NCBI GenBank assembly: GCA_041242255.1
Contig: JBESAV010000001.1
Coordinates: 512,001-576,000, forward strand
DNA: 64,000 bases
From: Candidatus Altimarinota bacterium
Lineage (GTDB): Bacteria > Patescibacteriota > Gracilibacteria > UBA1369 > GCA-2718715
Reading direction: 5' to 3'
Below are positions 30,042 to 40,814 of the stretch, one piece after another. Position numbers and translations under genes: made by a program. Below the pieces are notes generated by a model that saw only the letters and a list, made by a program, of their open reading frames with translations, had not been told where the DNA came from and searched no databases. The stretch's first letter is position 1; every line of letters begins with the position of its first letter.

Positions 30042-31478
30042 ATGAAGCTATCAAGAATAATAGTCGCAGTCCTGATCATACTAGGTGCATATTTTTTCTA
30101 TCAGAATTATCAAGAGCAAAACGACTATTCAAGTTCTGAAGCAGTTTATTCAACCACAATTAGCTCACTTGATCCAACCACTCAACCTTTCCACAATAGC
30201 CGTCTAACTCTTATTTACGAAAGCCTTATTAAAGTTGATGCTAACCTACAATTCCAGCCACAGTTAGCTGTAAGTTTTGGACAGATCGACGAAACAACAT
30301 GGCAATTCACACTCAAAGAAAATGTTAAGTTTCACAATGGAGAAGATCTATCCCCAGAGATAATACTCACAAACTTCCAAGACTATAGTTCAGATAAACT
30401 AAACCTAAACTCTGTAACTCAGTCAGAAAATTCACCAAATCAAATTATATTCAATCTTTCTCAACCAGACCCATTATTCCTTCAAAAAGTATCTGAAGTC
30501 CCAATTCTTTTCTCTAATCAAAACTTAGAATCAGAAGCTATAGGGACAGGTCCTTATCAAGTAGTAAACTACAGTCCAAGTCTACTTAGACTTGAAAGGT
30601 TTGCAGACTATCATTCTCAAAAACCACCTTTCCAAGAGTTAAGATTATCCACTATTTCAAACAACCTTGAACGAATTTCTCACGCCAATGATGATCCAAA
30701 AGTTGTAGTAGTAGAAAACCTATCACCAAGCTTCATAGACCGTCTTAACACTAGAAAATTCAGACTTCAAGAAACTACAGATTTATCCCTCAACTTCTTT
30801 CTATTCAACACTAACAAATTAAACCTAAATCAAAGAAAGGCTTTATCAAGATCCATCCCAGCTGACCTTCTAAGCCAGTACACTGAAAACCTAGGAACTC
30901 CAACCAACCAGTTCTTATCCCAAGGGGTACTAGGATATAACTCAGAGATACCACCTCAAGCCCAAAACTTAGAAGAAGCTAAACAAATCATTCAAAACGC
31001 AGGACTACAAGGGCGAACTCTCAAAATCATGCTTCCAACTTCAGCTGAAAAATTCACCCTTTTCCTGCAAGAAACATACCAACAGCTAGGCCTAACAGCT
31101 CAAGTAGACTTATATAATTATGCTGATGAAAACCTAAAAACTAGAGCCACATCCTACGACCTAATCTTCCTCGGATGGAGGACAGAATTTGGAGATGGAC
31201 AAAATTTCTTCCAAGAAATAGTCCAATCAGGAAGCACGTACAATTTAGGTTTTTACTCAAATAGTCAAGCAAATCAACTAATCCAAGAAGTTTCGACTCT
31301 TACTGATCCCCAAGAACGCTCTCAAAAACTTCAAGAGCTATCTAAGTTAGTAAGCCAAGATAATCCAATTGGAATGCCACTTTTCGAAAACAAAGTTTTC
31401 TACGCAATCAACAAAGACTTCTCTTACAATGATCGTTTAGACGGCTTCATCGATATCAGTTCACTCACCCAAAATTAA
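30042..31478 (+). CDS. Family 5 (peptide/nickel-type) solute-binding protein, orphan
   Basis: IYESL...PQLA...W.FTLKENVKFHNG and IGTGPY; no permease or ATPase gene nearby. Confidence 0.85.
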   Translation: MKLSRIIVAVLIILGAYFFYQNYQEQNDYSSSEAVYSTTISSLDPTTQPFHNSRLTLIYESLIKVDANLQFQPQLAVSFGQIDETTWQFTLKENVKFHNGEDLSPEIILTNFQDYSSDKLNLNSVTQSENSPNQIIFNLSQPDPLFLQKVSEVPILFSNQNLESEAIGTGPYQVVNYSPSLLRLERFADYHSQKPPFQELRLSTISNNLERISHANDDPKVVVVENLSPSFIDRLNTRKFRLQETTDLSLNFFLFNTNKLNLNQRKALSRSIPADLLSQYTENLGTPTNQFLSQGVLGYNSEIPPQAQNLEEAKQIIQNAGLQGRTLKIMLPTSAEKFTLFLQETYQQLGLTAQVDLYNYADENLKTRATSYDLIFLGWRTEFGDGQNFFQEIVQSGSTYNLGFYSNSQANQLIQEVSTLTDPQERSQKLQELSKLVSQDNPIGMPLFENKVFYAINKDFSYNDRLDGFIDISSLTQN

Positions 31479-31479
31479 A

Positions 31480-33051
31480 ATGAAAGTTAAAAAATCACTA
31501 AAGAAAAAATTCGCCCAAAGTATATCCCTACTCATTCTAGTAGTGATTATTGCCATCGGAACTATCTTGACTCTTCAGGCCAAAAAGCAAATTGAAAGTG
31601 ACATTTACTTTCAGGTCAGAAGTCTAGCCGAGCTAACAGCACCAGAGATCACCCAAGCTACCAACGAGTTCCTTCTCCAAGACAACAATATCCCATTTGA
31701 AAGGGTAATCTCAGAGACTTTAAGTAAGCTACCGGACGTTTACAGCATTGAGGTGTATAGCTTTGACAATACCAAGCTCTACCAATCTTCAGACGTTGTT
31801 ACTGACTCTGATCAGTCCCGAGTCCAAGCAAACTTACCATCTATTCTTACAACAGAAGGAAATGTTTACTTCTTACAAAAAGAAGCTGCCGGAGAGTTTA
31901 ATTTTGTAAACCAAAATCTTAATCCAATACCTGAAGAACAACTTCAAGACCATATTGTTATCCAAAATATCTACTACCCAGTAGATCAAACCAATACGGT
32001 TATCTATAGAGTAAATTATGACAACCTCCAACAAAGACTAATCACCCAAGCTCTCACACTCTTAGGGCTTCTAGTAGGTGCCTTGTTGGTTAGTATTTTT
32101 GTCGCTTACATTCTTGCACTTATTGTTACAAAACCAATTATCAAACTAAATGAAATCGTAAAAGAAATCGCAGCCGGTAACTTCGACAAAAGAGTCAAAG
32201 TAAAATCCAAGGATGAAGTAGGGGAGCTAGCTGGATCTGTAAATCAAATGGCCGAAGACCTTACCAAAGCCGTTGAAGCCAAAATTTATAAATCCAGAGT
32301 CGAAAAAGAGCTAGAGTTAGCACAAAAAATCCAAGAAAATCTACTTCCAAAATCAGTCCCTGAAGTTAAAGGAATCGACCTTTCTGGTCACGTAATTCCT
32401 GCCACTGAGATAGGTGGTGATGTATACGATACTCTGATTGATGAAAAAGGTAATCTACTTACATATGTAGGAGACGTAACCGGTCATGGTGTTCCAGCTG
32501 GGATCCTGTCTGCAATTTCCAATTCGATAATCGTCAGCCTCCACGATGGAAAGCTTATTGATATAGCCAATAACCTCAATAAGATCCTTAAAACCAAGGC
32601 AACTCCAAACATGTTCATCACTGCAGCTTTCACTAGATATGAACCTTCAAAACCAGATAAACTTACATATCTTTCAGCCGGTCACGAGCAACTCATTCAT
32701 TTCAAAGCCTCAACTCAAAAAGCCCAAATGCTCCCAAGCGGAGGTATTGCCCTAGGAATGTTCCCTGATGTATCGAAATTACTCAAAACTCAAGAAGTAA
32801 AAGACTTCCAAGAAGGGGATGTAATCATACTTTACTCAGATGGTATTCCAGAGGCCTGGAAAAATGACACTGAAACCTTCGGCTTCGACCAATTAGTTCA
32901 AAGCCTTGAGCAAAACTCCAAAGACAAGTCAGCCACCGCAGAACAAATCAGAGACGGAATCCTTAAAGACATTAAAGACTTCACAGGCGACTACGAACAG
33001 AAGGATGATATCACTATTTTAGTCATCAAGAGGGTTGACAAAAATAAGTAA
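31480..33051 (+). CDS. Membrane HAMP-domain PP2C/SpoIIE (RsbU-type) phosphatase
   Basis: Two TM segments, HAMP (DEVGELA), AQKIQENLLP, GGDVYD, GDVTGHG, YSDGIPE, DDIT. Confidence 0.93.
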   Translation: MKVKKSLKKKFAQSISLLILVVIIAIGTILTLQAKKQIESDIYFQVRSLAELTAPEITQATNEFLLQDNNIPFERVISETLSKLPDVYSIEVYSFDNTKLYQSSDVVTDSDQSRVQANLPSILTTEGNVYFLQKEAAGEFNFVNQNLNPIPEEQLQDHIVIQNIYYPVDQTNTVIYRVNYDNLQQRLITQALTLLGLLVGALLVSIFVAYILALIVTKPIIKLNEIVKEIAAGNFDKRVKVKSKDEVGELAGSVNQMAEDLTKAVEAKIYKSRVEKELELAQKIQENLLPKSVPEVKGIDLSGHVIPATEIGGDVYDTLIDEKGNLLTYVGDVTGHGVPAGILSAISNSIIVSLHDGKLIDIANNLNKILKTKATPNMFITAAFTRYEPSKPDKLTYLSAGHEQLIHFKASTQKAQMLPSGGIALGMFPDVSKLLKTQEVKDFQEGDVIILYSDGIPEAWKNDTETFGFDQLVQSLEQNSKDKSATAEQIRDGILKDIKDFTGDYEQKDDITILVIKRVDKNK

Positions 33052-33087
33052 AATGTTAAAGTTGGTGCACAATTTTAACAAACAAAC

Positions 33088-33732
33088 ATGTCAAATAAAC
33101 CTAACGAAACAACTACAGTTGAGACAAGGTCAGTAGAAGCACCTAAATCTTCAAACACTGTTAGAAACTCCCTTATTGCAGGAGTTGGACTTACCACTTT
33201 ACTATCTGTACTAGCTTGTATAGGTGGAAAAGAAGCTATTCAAAATGGTTCATTTTCTGAAATAGCAGGGAAGATAGTTTCAGAATCAAACACTAAACCA
33301 TCTGAAAAGCATCCATGTTCTAGTATAGCTCCTGAATTTCAAGCAGTTTGCTTACAACAACATTATGCAAAAGATTCTTCAGATAATATTCTTTACGTTG
33401 GAAAAGAAGCTAAATATGAGTCTGTAGCTCCAACAACTTCTAAAATCAACCAAGTAATACTAGGTGAAGCAAAATTTGAAAGCAACAACACTGAATTATT
33501 AAAAGAAGTTAATTCAATCAAAGCCCAAATCGAAGTAATTAACTCAAAAGAAGTTAAATCCAAAGAAGATTTAGTTAAACTAAAATCTTTGATAGAAGAT
33601 CTAAAATCAAAAACTGACAAAAACCATAAAAGATCTCGAAGAAATTCAAGAAAACTTTCAAACAAAACACAGTTAGATCCAGCGAGTTTCACAATTTCAG
33701 GAACTTTCAATGGTAATGGAACTTACAACTAA
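33088..33732 (+). CDS. Hypothetical membrane-anchored protein
   Basis: Hydrophobic segment ending LAC, coiled-coil-like C-terminal half; promoter TTGACA at 33035. Confidence 0.6.
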   Translation: MSNKPNETTTVETRSVEAPKSSNTVRNSLIAGVGLTTLLSVLACIGGKEAIQNGSFSEIAGKIVSESNTKPSEKHPCSSIAPEFQAVCLQQHYAKDSSDNILYVGKEAKYESVAPTTSKINQVILGEAKFESNNTELLKEVNSIKAQIEVINSKEVKSKEDLVKLKSLIEDLKSKTDKNHKRSRRNSRKLSNKTQLDPASFTISGTFNGNGTYN

Positions 33733-33767
33733 TACAAAGTCAAAGGTCACATTTAACTCCCATATTT

Positions 33768-34235
33768 ATGAAAAATTTAGAAATATTAAGATCATCATCT
33801 CTAGCCCAATTTCCAAAGGCTATTCTCCCAATCTTACTACTAGCCCTCACAGCTTGTGAACAGAGTAGTGATAAAGCTCCTGCTGTTTTCAATTGCAATG
33901 TAAAACATGCCTGTATCACAGGAGGTTCAGTCCAAGATGGCGTAACAAACATCAATTACGGACAACCAGACCAATCCCCAGATGCTTCCCAAGAAAACAA
34001 AACTAATGAGTCTAACAATAAATGTGATGATTTAACTATTAAAGTTCAAGAACTCATAAACAAAGAGCAACAAGCAGTCCTACACAAAAAATGTAATGAA
34101 ATCTACAAGACAAAAAATACTAAAGTAGGTGGTTACGAATCAAAGTGTATTGAAATGGTTAAGCCTGTAAATCCATCTAAAAATAGTGGAGATATAAAAA
34201 ATCAAATATATAATGTTTGTGCAGAACTGTTTTAG
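33768..34235 (+). CDS. Cys-rich lipoprotein
   Basis: Lipobox LTA-C plus six further Cys residues. Confidence 0.65.
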   Translation: MKNLEILRSSSLAQFPKAILPILLLALTACEQSSDKAPAVFNCNVKHACITGGSVQDGVTNINYGQPDQSPDASQENKTNESNNKCDDLTIKVQELINKEQQAVLHKKCNEIYKTKNTKVGGYESKCIEMVKPVNPSKNSGDIKNQIYNVCAELF

Positions 34236-34285
34236 TTTACAAAATAAGCTAAATGGTTTAATATATAGAGAAATAACTTTATATC

Positions 34286-37042
34286 ATGTCATCTCCCAAC
34301 AATCTTAACAACATTCATAGGGCAGTCCATCTAGCTAAACCAGTAATTCCAGAACTAGATCAAGACATCAAAGACGCCCTGCCTGGCTTTGAGAATATCG
34401 ACAAGTATCAGAGAAACACTGTTATATCTGATACCCCTGGTTCAGTCCTAAGCGTAGATTCAGATTTAAATATCAATAGGCCTGGTTTTACCATAAACGA
34501 GGGGTCACAGTTTCAACAAGGAACAGAAACTGATTTTCTACTTAGATTAAAGCCAGAAACAATTCCTGCAGGAACTGAAGTACCATCAGGAGTTTACATT
34601 GAACCAAGTTCAAGTCTTCAGATTGCTGAAGAAATAATTCTTCCCCCAACTTATTCTCCAAACCAGAAAATTAAAGTAGAGCATAATGGTTCAACTTTCG
34701 AAGTACAACCTGGATATACTTTGCCAGTAGGGACTATTTTTAAGAATTCATTCGTTAATAATATCCCAGGGCTAAAGCTAACAGCAGATATAGAAAACCC
34801 TCCATACTTAAGAGCAGGACAGACTCTTGAAGGTCCTTTCTCATGTAATACAGCTATTGAAGCTGAAGTAGCAGGTACGCCAACGGTCATTCCTGCAAGG
34901 CAACACATACCACAAGGTACAAGTGTTACCCTTACTAAAGATTTAGTGTTACACACTGGAGACATTTTAGGTGGTAAACTTCCTTTTACTGTTAGAACAG
35001 ATAGCTTTCAAGCTACCCGTGCAGCAAGACCAACCGCCACGATTCCAGCTGGAACAAAACTTGTTGGTAAAACTCAAGTTGAAACCTCCGATTTATCTAC
35101 TTTACCATCAATAATTGGATTAAATGCTATGCCTACTGCTGACATAACAACTCAAAATCCAATTACCCTTTTCCAAAACCTATTCTTAAGTGGACAATCA
35201 GATTCAGTTTATGATTCTGATACTTACACTCAAGTTGAAAGTTTTTTCCAAAGTTTAGATAACGAAACAGGAACAATAAGTGAAACTTTAAGACTTACAA
35301 AGCTTAAAGCCATCCTACATTTACTAAGAAAACTAAAAGTTTTCAATGATAATAGTTCTACAAAATTTACAGATACAAATCTATTAGCATTTATAGCGCA
35401 TACCAGAGATACAGTTCAGCAACTAGAAGATGAATTAGGTGATTCAACAAATGCTGAGTACAACGAAGACTTTGGTGGATATGTAGAAAGAGAACAAGGG
35501 CTTAGTAAATATATTTTTCATAGGGAGAAGTCCAATGACGAAATCAAAAACGAAATTCAAGCAACTACAAACAGAGTACGCCAATCAGTAAGTTCAAGCA
35601 TAAACAACAGTCTTCAAATTTCCGATGATATCGATGCTAATCAAGCAGAGTATGAAAAATTTAAAAACGAATACGCCAAAGAAGCCCTTTCTAAAGGAAT
35701 GGATACTATTCTAGATAGATTAGATACAATTTTTGAACAATCCGTAACTGCAAGGGAAGAATACCTAAATAAAAGCATTTCTGGAAGACTACAGAAACTT
35801 GGCTCTCACTTTAAAAAGATGAGCTTCTTAAATAAAACGCTAATTTTTGCAGGTATAGGAGCCGCAGGTGTTGGAGTTGGAGCACTTACAGGTTTTAGTG
35901 GTGCGGCTATAGTAACACCACTAATTATGAAATCATACGCTGCTTACGGATTCGGTGGTTTCGCCAAAGATATGAATAAAAAATTCAGAGGCTTCCTAAA
36001 TCAAAAATCTGGAAAACTAGGTAAAGCCAATGCCGTAGAGATGGATTACTTCCTAAGATCTCTTCCAGACACAAAAGAAGGAGAGCATAAAGCAGAGTAT
36101 GACAAAAATGTAGCTTCAAACCGCCTTCAGCAAAGAAGAGCTATGAATCAAAAAGTTAAAACATCACTACAAAGTGCTAAATATAAAAGTCGAATTCAAG
36201 CTCTTAAAAATGGAGTAGAGGCAGCCGATACACCAGAAGAAAGTAGAGCAGCACTTGTAACACTCAGGTTAGCTTACACGGAAATCATTACAGAGATATT
36301 GGAAGAATTTTACACTGAACAAATCGAAGCTATGATTAAAGCTAGAAGGTTTAGAACAGTAGCTAGAGGTCTTGAGTATGGAGCCGGTGCAGGATTTGTG
36401 TATGGACTACCATTAATACCTAAAGCTATCATGGGACTCGCTGAGTACGTTCAAGGTATTGAACCACCAACCGAGTTACTAGAGAATTTATCACTCAAAG
36501 ACAGATGGGCTGTTACTAAGGACACTACAAGTAACATATTTAGTATCTTTACTGGTAATGAAGCGGTAGCAAATGATTTACCAACCGGAACTGAAACTCC
36601 TTCTACAGGAGGTCCATTCAACAAAGACGGAAGTTATACCGGACCAAGCTCTGATCCAAGCGAAGCTATTTCAAAAGCAAATTCTACTGTAAATGAAAGC
36701 ATTAGTTCAGCTGCATCTGAAGCTGCTTCACAAACAACAAGTTCAACCCTTACTGATCAATCTATCAGAGTTCCTTCTGATGAACTTGCTACCAAACTTT
36801 TCAATGGTGATAAAGATCCTGGATTAACATCTATGCTCAACATGATAGGTGGTAAAGATATTCCATACAGCCAAGCTAAGCCAATCATCGAGCAAATTGT
36901 CGCGGACAATAAAATTTCCAATCCAAACTTAATTTTTGATGGTCAGAAACTAGATTTCTCATCAAAAACTTTATCTATGCTTCAAGAAGCAACTAAAAGT
37001 TCACCTGAAGCTATCTTAGAAAACCTCAAAAAATTTAAATAA
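34286..37042 (+). CDS. Large protein with beta-repeat N-terminus, central hydrophobic Gly-rich helices and C-terminal LysM-like motif
   Basis: TIPAGT/LPVGT/IPQGT repeats; IFAGIGAAGVGVGALTGFSGAA; IVADNKISNPNLIFDGQKL. Confidence 0.7.
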   Translation: MSSPNNLNNIHRAVHLAKPVIPELDQDIKDALPGFENIDKYQRNTVISDTPGSVLSVDSDLNINRPGFTINEGSQFQQGTETDFLLRLKPETIPAGTEVPSGVYIEPSSSLQIAEEIILPPTYSPNQKIKVEHNGSTFEVQPGYTLPVGTIFKNSFVNNIPGLKLTADIENPPYLRAGQTLEGPFSCNTAIEAEVAGTPTVIPARQHIPQGTSVTLTKDLVLHTGDILGGKLPFTVRTDSFQATRAARPTATIPAGTKLVGKTQVETSDLSTLPSIIGLNAMPTADITTQNPITLFQNLFLSGQSDSVYDSDTYTQVESFFQSLDNETGTISETLRLTKLKAILHLLRKLKVFNDNSSTKFTDTNLLAFIAHTRDTVQQLEDELGDSTNAEYNEDFGGYVEREQGLSKYIFHREKSNDEIKNEIQATTNRVRQSVSSSINNSLQISDDIDANQAEYEKFKNEYAKEALSKGMDTILDRLDTIFEQSVTAREEYLNKSISGRLQKLGSHFKKMSFLNKTLIFAGIGAAGVGVGALTGFSGAAIVTPLIMKSYAAYGFGGFAKDMNKKFRGFLNQKSGKLGKANAVEMDYFLRSLPDTKEGEHKAEYDKNVASNRLQQRRAMNQKVKTSLQSAKYKSRIQALKNGVEAADTPEESRAALVTLRLAYTEIITEILEEFYTEQIEAMIKARRFRTVARGLEYGAGAGFVYGLPLIPKAIMGLAEYVQGIEPPTELLENLSLKDRWAVTKDTTSNIFSIFTGNEAVANDLPTGTETPSTGGPFNKDGSYTGPSSDPSEAISKANSTVNESISSAASEAASQTTSSTLTDQSIRVPSDELATKLFNGDKDPGLTSMLNMIGGKDIPYSQAKPIIEQIVADNKISNPNLIFDGQKLDFSSKTLSMLQEATKSSPEAILENLKKFK

Positions 37043-37047
37043 AATCC

Positions 37048-37371
37048 ATGTCTAACATTAGTGAAAATTTTTATAAAGAATTAGGACTTCAAGATTTACC
37101 TGAAGACAAAAAAGAAGAGCTTTCAGAAAGACTAGAAACTACTTTCCAAAAGTTTTTCCTTCTAGAACTAGCCAATCTTCTTTCAGACGAAGATATTACT
37201 CATATTGAGTCTCTAGACAAACCTGAGGAAGTTGAATCTTTCTTAGAGAGTAAAAACATTGACCATGAACAAATCGGACTAGCCGTATCAGAGCAAATGC
37301 GATCTTTCATTAAAGAGCAAATGACCTATCTTCAAGGATACATTGATGGAACAATTGATAAAAACGCTTAA
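37048..37371 (+). CDS. Small acidic protein (DUF5663-like)
   Basis: ELGLQDLPEDKKEEL...LSDED...FLE pattern typical of this CPR family. Confidence 0.7.
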   Translation: MSNISENFYKELGLQDLPEDKKEELSERLETTFQKFFLLELANLLSDEDITHIESLDKPEEVESFLESKNIDHEQIGLAVSEQMRSFIKEQMTYLQGYIDGTIDKNA

Positions 37372-37373
37372 CA

Positions 37374-38138
37374 ATGGAAAACGATAGCCGATTTTCACCA
37401 GATAGTTTTACCGAAAGAATCGTCCGAGGTTCCAATAAAGGCTTAAGTAAACTAGCATTATCAGCCAAAGAGCTTGTAGACCCAGTCTATACTTCCAGTA
37501 GTCGAGAATCAGCCAGATTTAAAAAGGAAATTGATGCTTTAAGATCTAATTATAAAGGGTCGTTACTAAAGACTATCGCATTGGCCCCAGAGGAACTATC
37601 ACTAGGTTTACAAAAGGCAGTTTATGGATCACTAGCAACTGCTGGATCCATAGTAAATCTACCATTCTCCATCACTGGAGAAAGAGAAAGTTGGTATAAT
37701 TACGAAATCAAAAGAGCTCAAGAGTTTACTACCAAAAGTAGTTATGCATCAGCTGTTTTATCTCAACTGTCAGAAACATTTATAGGATATGGTTGGAGAG
37801 AAGATGCTCAAAACGGACAAGCTGGTCTAGTTTCAACTATACCTTGGTTTTTCAAGTCAGTTAAAGAAGTGGGGAAAAACGCACTTAGTCTTAGACCAGT
37901 AAAAACCCTCAATTCTGGCCTAGAAGCAGTCTCAAACCTTGGTTCATTGGGAGCAAACACTGTTAAGTCAGCTCTTAGCACAATAAACACTGCTACCTTT
38001 GGTTTTGCCAAGTACCTCACCAGAGACAAGTCACAAGACCCTGAAAAGGAAGTTGAAAGCACTCCAACAGCTTCTCCCAACCAAACAACCCAACCAGAAC
38101 CAACTGAGGAAGACTTTAACCCAGGAAGTGTATTTTAA
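37374..38138 (+). CDS. Hypothetical protein
   Basis: 254-aa ORF tightly coupled to the upstream genes. Confidence 0.6.
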   Translation: MENDSRFSPDSFTERIVRGSNKGLSKLALSAKELVDPVYTSSSRESARFKKEIDALRSNYKGSLLKTIALAPEELSLGLQKAVYGSLATAGSIVNLPFSITGERESWYNYEIKRAQEFTTKSSYASAVLSQLSETFIGYGWREDAQNGQAGLVSTIPWFFKSVKEVGKNALSLRPVKTLNSGLEAVSNLGSLGANTVKSALSTINTATFGFAKYLTRDKSQDPEKEVESTPTASPNQTTQPEPTEEDFNPGSVF

Positions 38139-38199
38139 TCACTTCATATAAAAGATCCTAAATGCTAGAATCAACCCAACTAGATTCTAACTTTTTGCT

Positions 38200-39471
38200 A
38201 TGTCTCTTACACCTCATACACATTCAAACCATTTAAACAACACTCTTCAGCAAACAGACCCAACTATCCACAAACTAATCCAAGAAGAAGAACAAAGGCA
38301 AAAAGACACCCTCCGCATGATTCCATCAGAAAATTACGCCTCAAAAGCTGTAATGGAAGCCACAGGCTCAGTTTTAACCAATAAATATTCCGAGGGATAC
38401 CCAGGAAAACGTTACTACGAAGGGCAGGGGATAGTAGACCAAGTTGAAAACCTAGCCATAGATAGAGCAAAAAAGTTATTCAACGCTGAACATGCCAACG
38501 TACAACCATATTCTGGAAGTCCTGCAAACCAAGCAGCCTTCTATGCTCTACTAGAACCAGGAAACAAGATAATGGGACTAAACCTCCTCGAAGGAGGACA
38601 CTTAACCCACGGCTGGAAGGCTAACTTCTCAGCAAGATTCTATAAATCTTCAAGCTATGGAGTCGACAAAGACTCAGAGACTTTGAATTACGACAAAATC
38701 GAAGCTCAAGTAGCCCTCGAAAAACCAGACTTAATCATAGCTGGAGCCACAGCTTACCCTAGGGAAGTAGACTTCCAAAAATTCCACCAAATTGCAAAGT
38801 CACACAATGCACTCTTACTAGCTGACATATCACACATCAATGGTCTCATAGTAGCAGGGGAGCACTCAGACCCAGTTCCATACGCTGACGTAGTAACATC
38901 AACTTCTCACAAGGCAATTAGGGGACCAAGAGGTGGGTTTATTTTAAGTAAAGCTAAGCACGCTAAAAAAATTGACAAAGCTATCATGCCGGGTAATCAA
39001 GGAGGCCCGCACAATCATACGACCGCAGCCATGGCCGTAGCATTCCACGAAGCATCCCAACCAGAGTTCAAAACTTACGCACAGCAGATCAAAGCCAATG
39101 CCAAAAGACTTTCTGAAGAACTATTAAAGCTTAACTTCTCACTCGTCACAGGCGGAACTGACAATCATCTCATCTTACTAAACACTATAAGAAGCCACGA
39201 TATACCTGGTAAAAAGTTTTCTAGAGCTCTATACCATGCAGGAATAGAAACCAACTACAACATGGTTCCTTTTGACACTCGAACCCCTATGGATCCATCT
39301 GGTGTAAGAATAGGAACACCTGCTCTAACTAGTCGCGGCATGCAGCCAAACGACATGGAACAAGTTGCAAAATTTTTCCATAAAGTTTCCCAAAATATCA
39401 ACGACGAACAAGAACTATCCGAAATCAAAAAAGAAGTTTTAGCCTTCTGCAATCATTTCCCAATTTACTAA
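38200..39471 (+). CDS. glyA: Serine hydroxymethyltransferase
   Basis: NKYSEGYPGKRYY, NVQPYSGS, TSTSHK..RGPRGG, GGTDNH, SGVRIGT. Confidence 0.98.
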   Translation: MSLTPHTHSNHLNNTLQQTDPTIHKLIQEEEQRQKDTLRMIPSENYASKAVMEATGSVLTNKYSEGYPGKRYYEGQGIVDQVENLAIDRAKKLFNAEHANVQPYSGSPANQAAFYALLEPGNKIMGLNLLEGGHLTHGWKANFSARFYKSSSYGVDKDSETLNYDKIEAQVALEKPDLIIAGATAYPREVDFQKFHQIAKSHNALLLADISHINGLIVAGEHSDPVPYADVVTSTSHKAIRGPRGGFILSKAKHAKKIDKAIMPGNQGGPHNHTTAAMAVAFHEASQPEFKTYAQQIKANAKRLSEELLKLNFSLVTGGTDNHLILLNTIRSHDIPGKKFSRALYHAGIETNYNMVPFDTRTPMDPSGVRIGTPALTSRGMQPNDMEQVAKFFHKVSQNINDEQELSEIKKEVLAFCNHFPIY

Positions 39472-39476
39472 ATAAA

Positions 39477-39504
39477 TAGCCCCATACTGAATTGTGCGGG
39501 GCTA
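39477..39504. terminator. Hairpin terminator between convergent genes
   Basis: tagcccc-atac...gtgc-ggggcta. Confidence 0.55.
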
Positions 39505-39532
39505 CCCTAGAAACTACTAATAAAATCCTAAA

Positions 39533-40714
39533 TTAATTTTTAGGTTTTATTCTATGAAGGTCAGCAGTTTCAACTTCTGATTCGTATTCTGTTTCTTGGA
39601 TTTCACTTTTATCCTTCCCTCCATACAGAACTTTTATTGTCGGTTTATCTGCAAAACGCATACCATTGCTAGCTTTAGCATCTTCAGTGTCAAGACTATG
39701 TTTTACTGGATCAAATTGTTCGTATACGATATTACTTTCCAAAAGACGAACTTGCCTATCAATGTATTGGGCTAGATTAAAACTCTGATTGAATTTAATT
39801 TTTGAAATCTCATCATACAATTCTCCAAACTCCTCATTACTTGTTTCCTCAGAGCTAATTAATTTAATTAGTTTATTAACCTTAACTTGTAGCTCCCCCA
39901 ATCTTTTTAAATTCTCTTCAATAAAAGCTTCTGCTTCATAAATACCAACCTTAGCCATAAGTTCTCCCGAAGAGTTCCTTCCCCACTGAACTGCAGTAGG
40001 TCCAAAATTTACCATATCCTGTTTTGCAATCTCTTCACATTCTCTCTCCATCTCTACAGTTTCAACTTCCGAGAATCTATCAGTAGGTTCTGGATCAATT
40101 TTATCTAAAGTAGTAGACACAAACCCATCATATAGATCAATTACTGTTCCGTGTGGAGGAGTAATAAAATTATCTATAAAAGTGTACCCCACAGTACTAA
40201 CCTTAGCTTCAACATTAGAATTAATATGAGGGATTACATGTGCAATCAAATTTATAAGCTCTTTTCTATGCTGATCAAAAATTCTAAACTCTGAGTAATA
40301 TTTATGAGCCGCTTTAACCTTAGCTTCTTGGGTTTCAAAAGATCCAACCTGAAGAAATGACCTCAAACTTGTTTCATTGATATAGTTTTCAACAGTTTGA
40401 TCGACATCTAAATTTGCAATCATTTTATCGAAACACAGTCTCAAAAAAACATTAGCAAAATATTGGGGACATTCATTCACCAAATCCTTTAAAAATTTTT
40501 TATAAATACGAAACACACCTAGCTCCAGAGTTAGCTTTCTCATCAAACCTTTATCTGGACTCACTGCAGCCTCATTCAGAAATTTTACCGCTAGTTTTTT
40601 TAAAATCTCTTCCTTAGATTCCTCCTCTAGTTCATCAACTTTCGACTCATTATATTGTGGCAAAAAATTATCATTTTCATCTTCAAACCACGATTTTCCT
40701 TTTAACAATCCCAT
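39533..40714 (-). CDS. Hypothetical helical acidic protein
   Basis: 393-aa ORF; no recognisable domain. Confidence 0.65.
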   Translation of the reverse strand: MGLLKGKSWFEDENDNFLPQYNESKVDELEEESKEEILKKLAVKFLNEAAVSPDKGLMRKLTLELGVFRIYKKFLKDLVNECPQYFANVFLRLCFDKMIANLDVDQTVENYINETSLRSFLQVGSFETQEAKVKAAHKYYSEFRIFDQHRKELINLIAHVIPHINSNVEAKVSTVGYTFIDNFITPPHGTVIDLYDGFVSTTLDKIDPEPTDRFSEVETVEMERECEEIAKQDMVNFGPTAVQWGRNSSGELMAKVGIYEAEAFIEENLKRLGELQVKVNKLIKLISSEETSNEEFGELYDEISKIKFNQSFNLAQYIDRQVRLLESNIVYEQFDPVKHSLDTEDAKASNGMRFADKPTIKVLYGGKDKSEIQETEYESEVETADLHRIKPKN

Positions 40715-40814
40715 TTTTCATAATTATAATTCTGCCACAATTATAAATACAGATTGACAAAAAAATCTACCAACTACCCTTTACAACATTAAAACTTAGT
40801 AAACTAATCACAAA

